A stretch of DNA of 64,000 bases from Klebsormidium nitens (taxonomy: Eukaryota; Plantae; Klebsormidiophyceae). The notes under the pieces are model-generated. The model was not told the DNA's origin, searched no databases, and saw only the letters and a list, made by a program, of their open reading frames with translations. The stretch covers positions 51,512 to 115,511 of the forward strand of contig DF237228.1 of assembly GCA_000708835.1 (NCBI GenBank), read 5' to 3'. Below are positions 49,213-59,157 of the stretch, piece by piece. Made by a program: the position numbers and the translations under genes. The number at the start of each line of letters is the position of its first letter. The stretch's first letter is position 1.

Positions 49213-52200
49213 GGGCCGGACAGTTTCGACTCCGCTTCATCAGACGGTGGTGATCATTGCGAAGGTGCGAACGACGAATCTTCTGAAGCGGACGATGAGG
49301 AGACTGCTTCGGACAAGGAGATGCTGGACGATTGTCCACAGGCGGTTGACACTGTACAGGACCATCGTCTTGCGAACCAAGAAAGAGAGATGGGAGCAAG
49401 CGCAATGGTAAGCTGACACTCACTCGAGTGCACCTTAATGAGCCTCCTCATACACACATCTCCCCTTCATGGTCAGCAATACGGAATTAGCTCGCGAGAT
49501 TGACATGGCCGTCCGCGAACGGGAATGCCGGGCTGTCCAACTACAGAAAGCCTCCGTCACAAATTCGTCTTCGAACTTGGACAGCTAATTGGACGGTTAG
49601 ACAGTACTTTAAAAAGCAGCTCACGATCTTGGATCTGAGAATTCACGGACAGAAGTGCTCTTCATCAAGAGGATTTTCAATTCAAGACTCTCCTTGAGGG
49701 ACAGCATAGACGGCAAGGACGGCCCTTTACAAGTAGCTCACCGTTTTCGATTCTGGATGCGGACGGAACTGCCGTCCATCTAGAGGGACGTTTATCTACG
49801 AAACTTGGTTTATGGACAGCTTGGACGGCTTGGACAGCACTTTCTGACAGTAGCTCACAATGTGATGGAAGTTTGTCACTGTCATTAGCTTTCAAGTGCT
49901 ATTTTTTCCGGGCTCGGGAAGTGTAACCTACCAGGCTTTCGTGCTTCAAAAGTGCAACGCTTTATCGTGGTGACGTGTGCGATGAAAGCGCGACCAATGC
50001 CTCTGGCTCTTAGCCTGGGGATTCTCAGTCCCCCTTTGACCATCTGCCGGAACAACGCTCTGCTTGTTGGGCGGCCTGCTTTTCAAATACTTAGATGGAC
50101 AGTAGTGCTGTCCATCTAGAGAAAGTCTCATTACGAATTTGTCTTCATGGACGGCTTGGACGGCTGGGACAGCACTTTAAACTTTTGCTCACGTTTGATG
50201 TGGCTTCGTCGCCGACGGACAGTACTGCCGTCCATCTAGAGAAAGTCTCATCTACGAATTCGTCTTCATGGACGGCTTGGACGGCTGGGACAGCACTTTG
50301 AAAGTTTGCTCACGTTTGATGTGGCTTCGTCGCTATGAATTGTGGAGGGCTACTGACTTTGTGCATTTTGTTCGTGACCAGGTTGAAGACCTCTAAACTG
50401 ATGACGTGTACGATCGATGCAGGGAGTTGCGGCTCGAGCCTTGGTTGCGAAAGGCTATGTCGTGTTCACGGCAAGCACCCAGTGGAACCCCGACGCAAAG
50501 GGAGGGAAGGGAGGGAAGAAAATGATACCCCCACGAGATTGGCCGGCCTCTACCTTAGCCGATTGTCTGACTGAACGCTTCTTCCAGCCCTACAACAACA
50601 CGCTGCTGATCAACACGGCAGCGTCTGGAATCGTCGTGCTAGACTTTGACCTTGGTGATGGGGGCATGGAGCAGCTTGCTCTCTGGGAGACCGAGCACGA
50701 CGCGTTTGATGCTCCTCGAGTGCGCACGGGCAGCGGGGGGGTGCACATCTACTTCTCTCACCGAAGAAGCGTTGAGTCGGGACTGGGCGTGGAGGCCCCC
50801 ACGCACTTTGCAAAGTTGGAGCTGAGGGTTCGAGATCCGATATCCGGAAAGGAGGTTCTGAAGAAGGTGGGAGTCGATATGAGGGGCGTCAGCTCGAACG
50901 GCATGATCGCTTGCCCGCCGTCATCGTATGAGCGACTCGGTGAGACGGCACGGTATACGGTTGACGGCGGAGGCGAGCTTCCCCCGGCAGAAGATCTGCC
51001 TCCTCTTCCGAAGTGGTTGATCGAGATTCTGAACGAGCGAGTGGCGAGGGGTTCTGGAGAGCGCACGAGACGGCCATCAAAAGTTCGCAGCAGGGCAGGG
51101 CCTAGCGCGAGGGCCAGCGCCGTACTCGGGGCGCCGGACCTGACGGATCTTGGGTTGCAGCAGAAGGTGGTCGAGGTGATGCGGGGCATGCTCAGCAGTT
51201 TCGGCGACAACTCCTCTCTCTTCTCGAAGGCAGAGCCGAGCACGGTTGCTGGTCTAGGGGCGGTGATGTACCACTGGCGGAATGATGGGGGAGGGCGAGT
51301 TTGTCCATATGCGGAGGACGGAGCACAACCGCACAGCAGCAACAACTTTGGTCTTCTCAGAAGAGGGACGGAGATCACCTACGTCTGCCACAGCCAGCGG
51401 TGCAAGACAAGCGACGGCTGCCGGAACAAGAAGCTCGGGTGTCTCATGTTCCCGGTGGCCGCATCTTTTTCGGATGCTTCTCCGCTCAACAGCGACCGGG
51501 ATCGCTTGTACGAGAATCGAGAACTGCTTCCTCTCCCGTTTCTGCGGCAGAACCTCTCGGTTTCAGCAGGTAAGCCGCGCCTTGAGCAGCATCAGTCCTA
51601 AGGCGCTTTCAATATACAAAATTGGGAGGTTATATTTCCGGTATATAACCTCTGAATTTTGACTTCCTCCATTTGGTGGAGGAAGTCAAAAACGAGGGCC
51701 AGGGGCAGCGCGCCCTCTAGTCATTGATGCACGAGGTCTGAAGACCATCATCAATTTTGCAAGTCGTGCTCCCGCGAATGAGTGATTGAAGCTCTCTGTT
51801 TCAGCAAGTAAGCCGCGCTTTGAACAATATCAGTCCTAAAGCGCTATCAATCTACGAGATTTAGAAGTTGTATACTTGGGTATACAACCTCTAAAATTTG
51901 ACTTCGTCCATTTGGCGGACGAAGTCAAATCCGAGCATTCAATCTCAAATATCCAAAGGTTGAACTCGCCTATCTGGTAGGCGAGTTTCCATTTGAGGGC
52001 CAGGGCTTGCGCGCCCAAGTCCCCGTCGCAAAAGGCTTGCTTACATCATCAATCTCTTGCAAGCCTGTGCTCTTGCGATTATGCAGACCTGAATCAAGAT
52101 CCGTTTCTTGTGTTACTTCTGAGCAGATTTCGAGAGATTCGAGACCCAAAGATTGTATTTGAAGTAGAAATATCGAGAAGTAGTTGTGCACGAAGTGCTT

Positions 52201-55103
52201 CTTAGGACAATTGACTAGCCGCTTGTGAACAAAGACGCAAGGTTGCCACTCGACTGTCGATCGCTTTCCACTGACAAGTCGCTGACGTTTCTTCCAGGTG
52301 ATGAAGGAGGGGCGCTCATCATCGACCGCTTGCAGACGTACACGGGCCGCAAGCTCGTCTTCTGTAACGAAAAATGGTTCTACTGGAACGGGTCGATTTG
52401 GGTGGTGGACGTGGCTGGGCGAGTTGCGAGCCAGATCTGCCGCGGGGAGCTCAACAAGATAAGCAAGGCATACAAGAAGGAGAAAGCGTCTGATGCCGAA
52501 GGCGAGGGTTCGCAAGCGGAGGAGGGAGAAAAGCCCAAGAAGGAGAAGCTCGTGAACTTCAACTTCAACGCCAAGATGAGCCAGATCATGACGACTCTCA
52601 GAGGATATTGCCTGGAGCCTGCGTTCGAGAAGGCGCTCAATACCAACAGAGATGCGCTTCCTCTTCAGAACGGCGTCGTCTTGCTGGAGAGCGGGATCCT
52701 GGTGGCACACCATCCGAAGGTGGGTATGAGGTTGCGGATGACTGACAGCTCAACTTCTTGATCAGCAAAGCACTCCTTCTGTCGTTGACATTAGTTTCAT
52801 TGTGCACTGCTGGCCAGCTTTGCAATGTTTTCACTATTGAAGTCCCAGCCACAGCTTTGTTGGCACACACTGCTCTCTCGAGTAATTGCACGCTTTCTGT
52901 CAAGGAGCAGAAAGGCAATCTTAAGCAAGGCAGCGGCATCTGCCACGGAGTACTATTCGTCCCAATATCCTTGATCTGAGTTGAATCTACTTCATTAAGG
53001 GGTGACTTAGTGTAGGGTGAAACTCTCAACGAGATTAGGTGGAAGCTGTCGTATTGAAGTAGCTTGAACAGAGCTCTAATATCTGCATGCTTCTCGGTTA
53101 CCGGTGAAAATTACATGCTGAAGGCTTGAAGATCCTGCTTTTCTTGTGTGATAGTCATCACCACATCGTCAGTGGATCCCTTCGGTTTTTATCTGGTCGA
53201 TGCGACTGCTTGGCAGAAATGCAGAACCTTGCATAGCAATTGTGTGTCACTGAACTCTCTCCATTTACTCTCTTGCAGTATCTTTGGTCTTTCAAGCTTT
53301 CCGTGCGGTGGCCATCGACGGGACTTGCCACGCCGCTGGGCAGGACGGGCGAGTTTCTCCGTCAGATCACGCGCACTCCGGAGGCGCTTGCGTATCTCCA
53401 GCGCATTCTTGGATACGGGATCACAGGTCACATCTCCAATCAGGTCATGCTGACGATGATTGGGGAGGGCGGAGCGGGAAAAAGCCTTCTCTTGGCTCTG
53501 CTGAGGCGTCTGATCGGTCCGTTCTACAAGGACGTCTCGAAGGACATGCTCGTGACGTCCAAGGGACAACGGCCGCTGGGCAAAGGTGCTGCAAATCCAG
53601 CAGAAGTAGGTGAGCACCTTGCAGACACGACTTATGCTTGAAGTTGACATCAATGAGACGCTCTGAACATGATAGAAGGGGGATAGAAGCCTTCAATGAT
53701 AGGGAGTTCGTATGCGCTTGAAGCAAATCACCCAACATGACGGTTAATCAACTTGTGTCGTGTTGATGCTGCTTTTTGTACAAAGGTGATCTCGGCAACG
53801 AGGTCTTTATCAAGTACTAACGGCCGTGCCTTCAGATGAATGAGATTTGTTTGCGTCATAACCAAACATTGTTTACCCAGGTTTACGATACATTCGGATA
53901 GCGGCGTGCACGGAGTCTGAAGAGACGGATGAGATAGCGGAGTCCAACGTGAAGCGGTTGACCGGCGAGGCGACCATCACGAGTAGAGGACTCTACACGG
54001 ATTATGTCACGTTTGCTACGACTCAGCTGGTGAGTTCCTCGTGCCCGATGCTGGCGCAATCATGTCTTCTTTGCGAGAAACTGCTATAGCCATGCTTAAG
54101 TTGCCATAGCTGTCTGTGACGGGTTGTCTTGTTGGACGACAACGCCTTCCAGGGCCCTTTGCATTCTCACGGCCGAAGTAGTTTCATTTAGATGTTTCTT
54201 GTAAGCTGTCCCAGCCGTCCGTGCCGTCCATGAAGAGGATTTTGTAGATGGAACCTCATCTTGATGGACAGCGCACTTGTCCAGGTTCTCGAGGCAAGTC
54301 TTTGCAGCCGAAGTCGGATTCTGAAAGCTTACCAACCATGCTGTCCAAGCCGTCTGTGCCGTCCATGAAGAGCGTGTTACAGATAGAAGCCTCTCTTGAA
54401 GGACAGCATTGCCGTCGACATTCACCACCTTTTCAACGATGCCAAGTCATTTAAAGTCACGCTTGTGTGTGCTCAAAAACGATCTTCATCCATTCTGCAG
54501 CACATCCTCTGCTCAAACTACCCGCCCCGAGTGAAGATCTGGACGATTGCGCTCAAGCGACGCCTCCTAACGCTGGTCTTCCCGATGCGGTTCTTCTATC
54601 CGGACGAAGCGGGCTACAATCCCGACAACCCGTTGCATGGGATCCGAGACCTTGAATTGGAAGACGTCCTGAAGGCCGAGCCCGAGAAGCTACTGGTGTT
54701 CTTGGTGCAAGGCGCCAAGGACTGGTACGCAAGTGGCAAAAGACTCCTCGACATGCCGGAGAGCAGCAAAACGTACATGCAGTCATGGGAGCAGGAGAAC
54801 GATCCGTTTGCAGCCTTCCTTCAGCAGGAGGGACGAATGAACATCAAGGCTTTTGAGTCCACGCGCAGCCTCATGGAGGCGTACAACAACCCGGACAGGC
54901 TGGTCGACGGCGTGAGATTCTGCGAAACCGATGCGCCACAAATCCGAAACGAGCGGAAGTTCGCGGAGGCTTGCAAGAAGAAGGGGCTGGAGGGCCCGGA
55001 TAAGCCGTCAGCGCTGAGGTTCGCTAATCCGGGGCACACGGTCCGGGGTTATCGGGGCTTCCAGCTCAACACGCCGACTAAGGAGAGCATTCTAGAAAAA
55101 TAG
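49213..55103 (+). CDS. Intron-containing Prim-Pol/Zn-finger/D5-SF3 primase-helicase, copy B, apparently intact. Exons 49213-49407, 50423-51569, 52298-52719, 53279-53609, 53881-54029, 54501-55103; further 5' exons possible
   Basis: Prim-Pol motifs SGIVVLDFD, VRTGSGGVHIYF, GVDMRG...IACPPS; Zn module CPY...HSSNN...YVCHSQRC; D5_N (GDEGGALII...WFYWNGSIW, LPLQNGVVLL); Walker A GEGGAGKS; Walker B region IAACTESEE; sensor CSNYPP; Arg finger KRRL. All five introns are GT-AG and phase-consistent. Confidence 0.9.
49560..50330 (+). repeat. ~100-bp repeat family, forward arrays in intron 1 of copy B
   Basis: ctgccgtccatctagag...tctacgaa...ttcatggacggcttggacggctgggacagcacttt at ~49770, ~50105 and ~50225, plus degenerate copies. 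Confidence 0.8.
51563..52090. repeat. Tandem duplication (~238-bp unit) of the exon 2 donor plus hairpin module in intron 2 of copy B; the equivalent in copy A is ~36897-37380
   Basis: tcagca(g/a)gtaagccgcgc at 51563 and 51801. Each unit has two stem-loops, including 14-bp perfect stems at 51657-51691 and 51896-51930. Confidence 0.8.
54170..54420 (-). repeat. ~100-bp repeat family, reverse orientation, in the last intron of copy B
   Basis: gctgtcccagccgtccgtgccgtccatgaagagg.ttttgtagatgg, about 2 copies; orthologous to 39215-39620. Confidence 0.75.
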
Positions 55104-55434
55104 CAAGTTCTATAAGATCAGTGACATACATGAGCTAGACGACCTATCCGTTAAAAAACGCTGGATAGAAGTCCGTTCAAAACTTCCTTATGTTTAACAA
55201 CTCTTAGTTATAATGGGCACGAGATTAGATGCGGATCCGGGTACGTTCACTGAGGATAAGCCTGAAAAATGTAGGAGTGCATTCCTTCACAGTGCTTGTA
55301 AAAAACCCTTGTATGCAGTTGCGGTGTGAATATGGCTGAACTTCTTGCTGTCTCAGTGATCTCTTTATCGTTTGTGCGATGCCTTTGAATCAACTCTCCG
55401 GCTTCTCCATGCGCGGATCCTCTCATCGAGTGCA

Positions 55435-55790
55435 AATGGAGTCATTACGTATGCATTCGAACTCTAAAAGTCTAAAGCCTGGTAGGTTGCAAGCAAAAGC
55501 ATTGCGTCATCGCTCTCCATGGGGATGGAGCTGGGAACATTATACAAATGAGCCACTTTCCAAACTGCTGTCCGAGCCGTCCGCGCTGTCCATGAAGACA
55601 AAATCGTAGATGGAAAGTCTTCTAGATGGACAGCACTCACGTCCACGGCGGAAATCGAGATTGGAAGCTCTCGCTAAAGTGCTGCCCAAGCCGTCCGCGC
55701 TGTCCATGGAAACAAAATCGTAGATGAGAGGTCCTTTAGATGGACAGCACTCCCGTCCACAGCAGAAACTCCATACGTGAACAAAGATCG
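55435..55790 (-). repeat. Inverted copy of 34690-34960 (repeat units plus adjacent unique sequence)
   Basis: The reverse complement reads ...ggacggctcggacagcagtttggaaagtggctcatt...ccatggagagcgatgacgcaatgcttttgcttgcaacctaccaggct..gacttttag.gttcgaa, matching 34805-34945. Confidence 0.85.
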
Positions 55791-55913
55791 TGCATATTGT
55801 CTTGACGTAGAATCTACAGAGGGGTATGAACGCTACCTTCAATCAGTGCGGCGTCATGACCGCTACATGGCTCTATCAATCGGTGGACTCATGACCGGAT
55901 TTCCATGACGCAA

Positions 55914-56411
55914 TCAATCCGAGTCCGAATCAGACTTAGAATCAACCAATTCTGCTTTCTTTGCTGGAGCAGACTTCTTTCCAGCGATCTTATTGTTGGG
56001 CTTCTGAGTGGCTTTAGTCGACTTCGAAACCTTCTTTGAAGAACTCGTACTCTCAATGTCTTCGATTTCCATCTTTGTAGCTATACTCTGAAAGGTGCCC
56101 TCGAATGGCAAACCTGTCGGGCGATTACTTTTCTTTACCGGACCGATTTCGACCGAGTATCCATACTTTTTATTCAATGAACCTCGTGTGGTCTCTTGTA
56201 TGAGAACAACTACCTTCTGTGGAAGAGAAACCTTTTTCCCCTGACATTTTTGCGTCCGAAAGAGTTGGGACCCTGCGCGGGCTCCTGCTTGACAGACGCG
56301 TCCCTTCTTCGCGTCGATCTCAAGTCGCGTATCCTTCAACAGAGCAAGGGCATCATTCCCCTTGGCATCGTAGGCAGCAATCACCCGGAAGCTTCGCTTT
56401 GCGGAATCCAT
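55914..56411 (-). CDS. Small basic intronless protein resembling giant-virus MC1-like DNA-bending proteins
   Basis: KRSFRV...AGARAGSQLFR...LIQETTRGSLNKKYGYSV fits, from recall, the RSF...AAxKAxsxLf...lrETTrGSxkKxYxY pattern of NCLDV MC1-domain proteins. It has a Lys/Ser-rich tail. Not confirmed by search. Confidence 0.6.
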   Translation of the reverse strand: MDSAKRSFRVIAAYDAKGNDALALLKDTRLEIDAKKGRVCQAGARAGSQLFRTQKCQGKKVSLPQKVVVLIQETTRGSLNKKYGYSVEIGPVKKSNRPTGLPFEGTFQSIATKMEIEDIESTSSSKKVSKSTKATQKPNNKIAGKKSAPAKKAELVDSKSDSDSD

Positions 56412-56778
56412 ATCGCTTGGCCTGGTGCACTTCTAATGATAGCTTCGTAGAAAATAATCCCGCTCCCTGAGGCATATTGTACTATGCGGATTCAACAATC
56501 TACGTTGCAAGCGATAATATATAGTGCATATGGTTTGGAACGCACGCGAAGAGATAGTGAAAAAGTGACAGGTGCATTTTAGATAACTAGTTATTCTCCT
56601 GAGAAATCTCGAGTTTTGTAAGCATTTTTCCGCCCCCCGCACGCAGTTTCCAGAAAATAAACGTTTAGGAGAGGATTCGATGTCATTTTATTGTGACCGA
56701 CCTTTTTGAAATAACTTGTTGCGAAACGGAAGACATTATAAAATTATTTTCTTGCATCATCGTAGACGGGTGATAAGT

Positions 56779-57696
56779 ATGGATACTCTACGGAAGGTCT
56801 TAGAGGATGGAATTAGGACCAAGAGTTCCACAGAGCAGTATCTCAAGGGGATTCAGCTTCTATAGAATATGGTTTTCGAGGTTGAAATGCCCGAGGATCC
56901 CTCATGGATAAAGAGCAAGGCTCAGAAGATCGTCGCAGCTGTTCTAGAGCGCTATGATAATCCTGGTTCTAGACGTACTCGCTTAGCCCCTTTTCTTGCT
57001 ATTTGTCGCAAACTCGGTTATGCAGAGGCTTATCAAACCTACTATGAGCCGTTTCGGAAGGAAAACAAAGCTCTGAAGGAGTCCGCTCAACGAAAGATTG
57101 AGAATAAGACCTCGGACACCACATCAGAAATAACAGTTGAAGGGGTCGAAACATTCGGAAAGAAGCTCGCTCGCAAGGTCAGACAGTTGAGTCTCGAGGA
57201 CATGGATCGAGATCTCACTCCTAAGGAGGTGAAGCTCTGTATGTGGCATCTCGTCCTTGAATGGCATATGCTCTTGAGTAAGGAGCATCGTCGTCGGGTA
57301 AAAGTGCACGAGCTTCCAATCATGCCGAAGGGCCAACATATGGAGGATAGAAGCTATTTGCTGCAGACCTCACGATGCAAGGGCGATTATAAACTCGTTT
57401 TTGAAGACGGTGATCGAATCCCTCTAACAAAGATGCTGAGCAAGTATCTTCATCGAACCCTTCGATTGATACCTCGAGATTACTTCTTGACTTCGATCAC
57501 TCAGCCGCAGACGGCTATGTCTGCTAGTAACTGGTCCATGTTCATGAGTAAGATCCAGTACAATGGAAAGCGCTTCAATCCAGATCGACTCTGATACGTT
57601 CGTATCTTATAAAAAATATCTGTGAAGATTAGTAACAACGAGGCAGTTTCACAGCGATGGATTCCAACTTCGAAGCAGAGGTACGCAGAAAACTGA
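56779..57696 (+). pseudogene. Degenerate tyrosine-recombinase-like paralog with three in-frame stops (56863 TAG, 57592 TGA, 57610 TAA)
   Basis: One reading frame from the ATG at 56779 to TGA at 57694. It parallels the adjacent recombinase: SSTEQYLKGI ~ DSTVLVYIRQL; SWIKSK ~ DWIEDH; LIPRDYFL ~ LIPRKYLI; NPDRL*Y ~ SCTLLRH; C-terminal QRY ~ ELY. Confidence 0.6.
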
Positions 57697-58700
57697 AGGT
57701 ACAATCTCCCGAGAAGGTTCTCCGTGGAGCTCCGCCGAACAGATCGGATTCGACGGTGTTGGTGTACATCAGACAACTAAAAACCGTGTATGCGGCTGGA
57801 GACTTTGGACCGAACCTGATGAACAGTCTCGACTGGATCGAGGATCACGAGCAGGTGATTTCGACCATAGAGAGTCTCGCGTCCCGTGATGGCAAGCTTC
57901 TTAAATCATTGACGAAGAGTAACTATGCAGCCCCTTTCGCTATTCTTGCTTCTGGAGAGACGAAATCAGCGTACTCGAAGTACATGCAGAGGATGAAGCC
58001 AACCGAGGAGGAACTCGATCATTCTATGCAGAGGAAGACGCCAAAAGAAGTCGACAATTGGATTCCCTGGTCCGAGCTCTTACAAAAACGATCGGAACTC
58101 GACGATCGGATCAACCGCTATGTTGTGCCGAAGTTCCACAAGAAGGAACGCTTGGATCGCCATGATAAGCAGTTGGTTATGGACCATCTCATTCTTGCAC
58201 TCTATACGATGCCCCTGGGACCTTTGCGGAATGAGTACGCGGAATGCATCTTTTTCGTGAAGGACCACAAAAAGGATTGCGTTGCGGTGAAGCCCGGTGA
58301 CGTCAATGTCGTCGAGTTGAACGAGGATCCCAAAAAGTGTTTCTTTCACATTGGTCGACACAAGACCCTCGAAAAAGATGGCGTTCGTTGCCTTCAGATT
58401 CCCGAAGATCTCGTAAAGGTTATACTCAGATCCTTTAATCTAATTCCGCGAAAATATCTGATCCTCAAGAGGCATTATCTCGTCTGGAACGATGAGCCGA
58501 TATCGAATTTCACTGTAGTTCTCAATGACCTCGGTCAGCGCCATTTCGGTAGGAATCTTAGTTGCACGCTGCTCAGACACGTTTCACATACGGAACGTAC
58601 TCCAAAGCTCATGTCTCGCGGTGAAGTACGAGCAAAGGCGCAGTACATGGGCCACAGTATGAGAACCGCGGATGAACTCTACAACAGACGATACGAATGA
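57657..58700 (+). CDS. Tyrosine recombinase/integrase (NCLDV / Polinton-like-virus type), intronless, 347 aa
   Basis: Catalytic set in the expected order: LALYTMPLGPLRNEY (R), GRHKT (K), CTLLRH (R), YMGHS (H), ADELY (Y). N-terminal TxxxY...DWI and NWIPW motifs are typical of this viral family. Confidence 0.88.
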   Translation: MDSNFEAEVRRKLKVQSPEKVLRGAPPNRSDSTVLVYIRQLKTVYAAGDFGPNLMNSLDWIEDHEQVISTIESLASRDGKLLKSLTKSNYAAPFAILASGETKSAYSKYMQRMKPTEEELDHSMQRKTPKEVDNWIPWSELLQKRSELDDRINRYVVPKFHKKERLDRHDKQLVMDHLILALYTMPLGPLRNEYAECIFFVKDHKKDCVAVKPGDVNVVELNEDPKKCFFHIGRHKTLEKDGVRCLQIPEDLVKVILRSFNLIPRKYLILKRHYLVWNDEPISNFTVVLNDLGQRHFGRNLSCTLLRHVSHTERTPKLMSRGEVRAKAQYMGHSMRTADELYNRRYE

Positions 58701-58796
58701 GTGGGCGATTCCCTCCTTTCTACACTTTGTGTGCGTTTTCGGAGAAGCACTTTTTCTGTGTTAGAATTACTAGGAGGCATCAGTTTCATTCCAGCT

Positions 58797-59042
58797 ATGG
58801 AATCGACGAATCACAATCATGGATCAACTGCCTGTGCTGCTTGTTTAGAGGCGAACATTTATAAGGACGAGCATCAGGCCAAGAAAAGAGAATATTCAAA
58901 GAGCTACTATCAAGTACACAAGGACGAGATTCTCTTGAAGAAGGCTCTAGAACGTATTGCGAAAGGAAGTAGAACAAGCAGACGGACGAGACAACGACTT
59001 TACGAGGCACAGGTCGCTATCCCCTGGATTCGATCGTACTGA
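58797..59042 (+). CDS. Small basic hypothetical protein, virus-like
   Basis: MESTN...CAAC...KKREYSKSYYQVHKDEILLKKALER. The kkxYYxxnKexi-type motif is common in small viral basic proteins. It sits co-oriented between the recombinase and the helicase. Confidence 0.45.
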   Translation: MESTNHNHGSTACAACLEANIYKDEHQAKKREYSKSYYQVHKDEILLKKALERIAKGSRTSRRTRQRLYEAQVAIPWIRSY

Positions 59043-59157
59043 GCAACACGTCTTTCCAAGTGTGGGCTCCGTCGAATGCCGCGTTCCATGTCGAACGAAT
59101 TTTTCTGGGGTTGAAAGTATAAGGGGGCTCCAAACCTCCTTCGGTCTGTGGAAAAGC

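Noticed and set aside
56779-57696. Stop-codon reassignment (alternative genetic code) as the explanation for the in-frame stops
   Set aside because: The adjacent 347-aa and 948-aa genes contain no internal stops, and all three stop types occur.
58957-59157. N-terminal extension of the 1015-aa ORF call
   Set aside because: It starts at a non-ATG codon and overlaps the upstream small ORF; the ATG at 59158 directly precedes the Prim-Pol domain.
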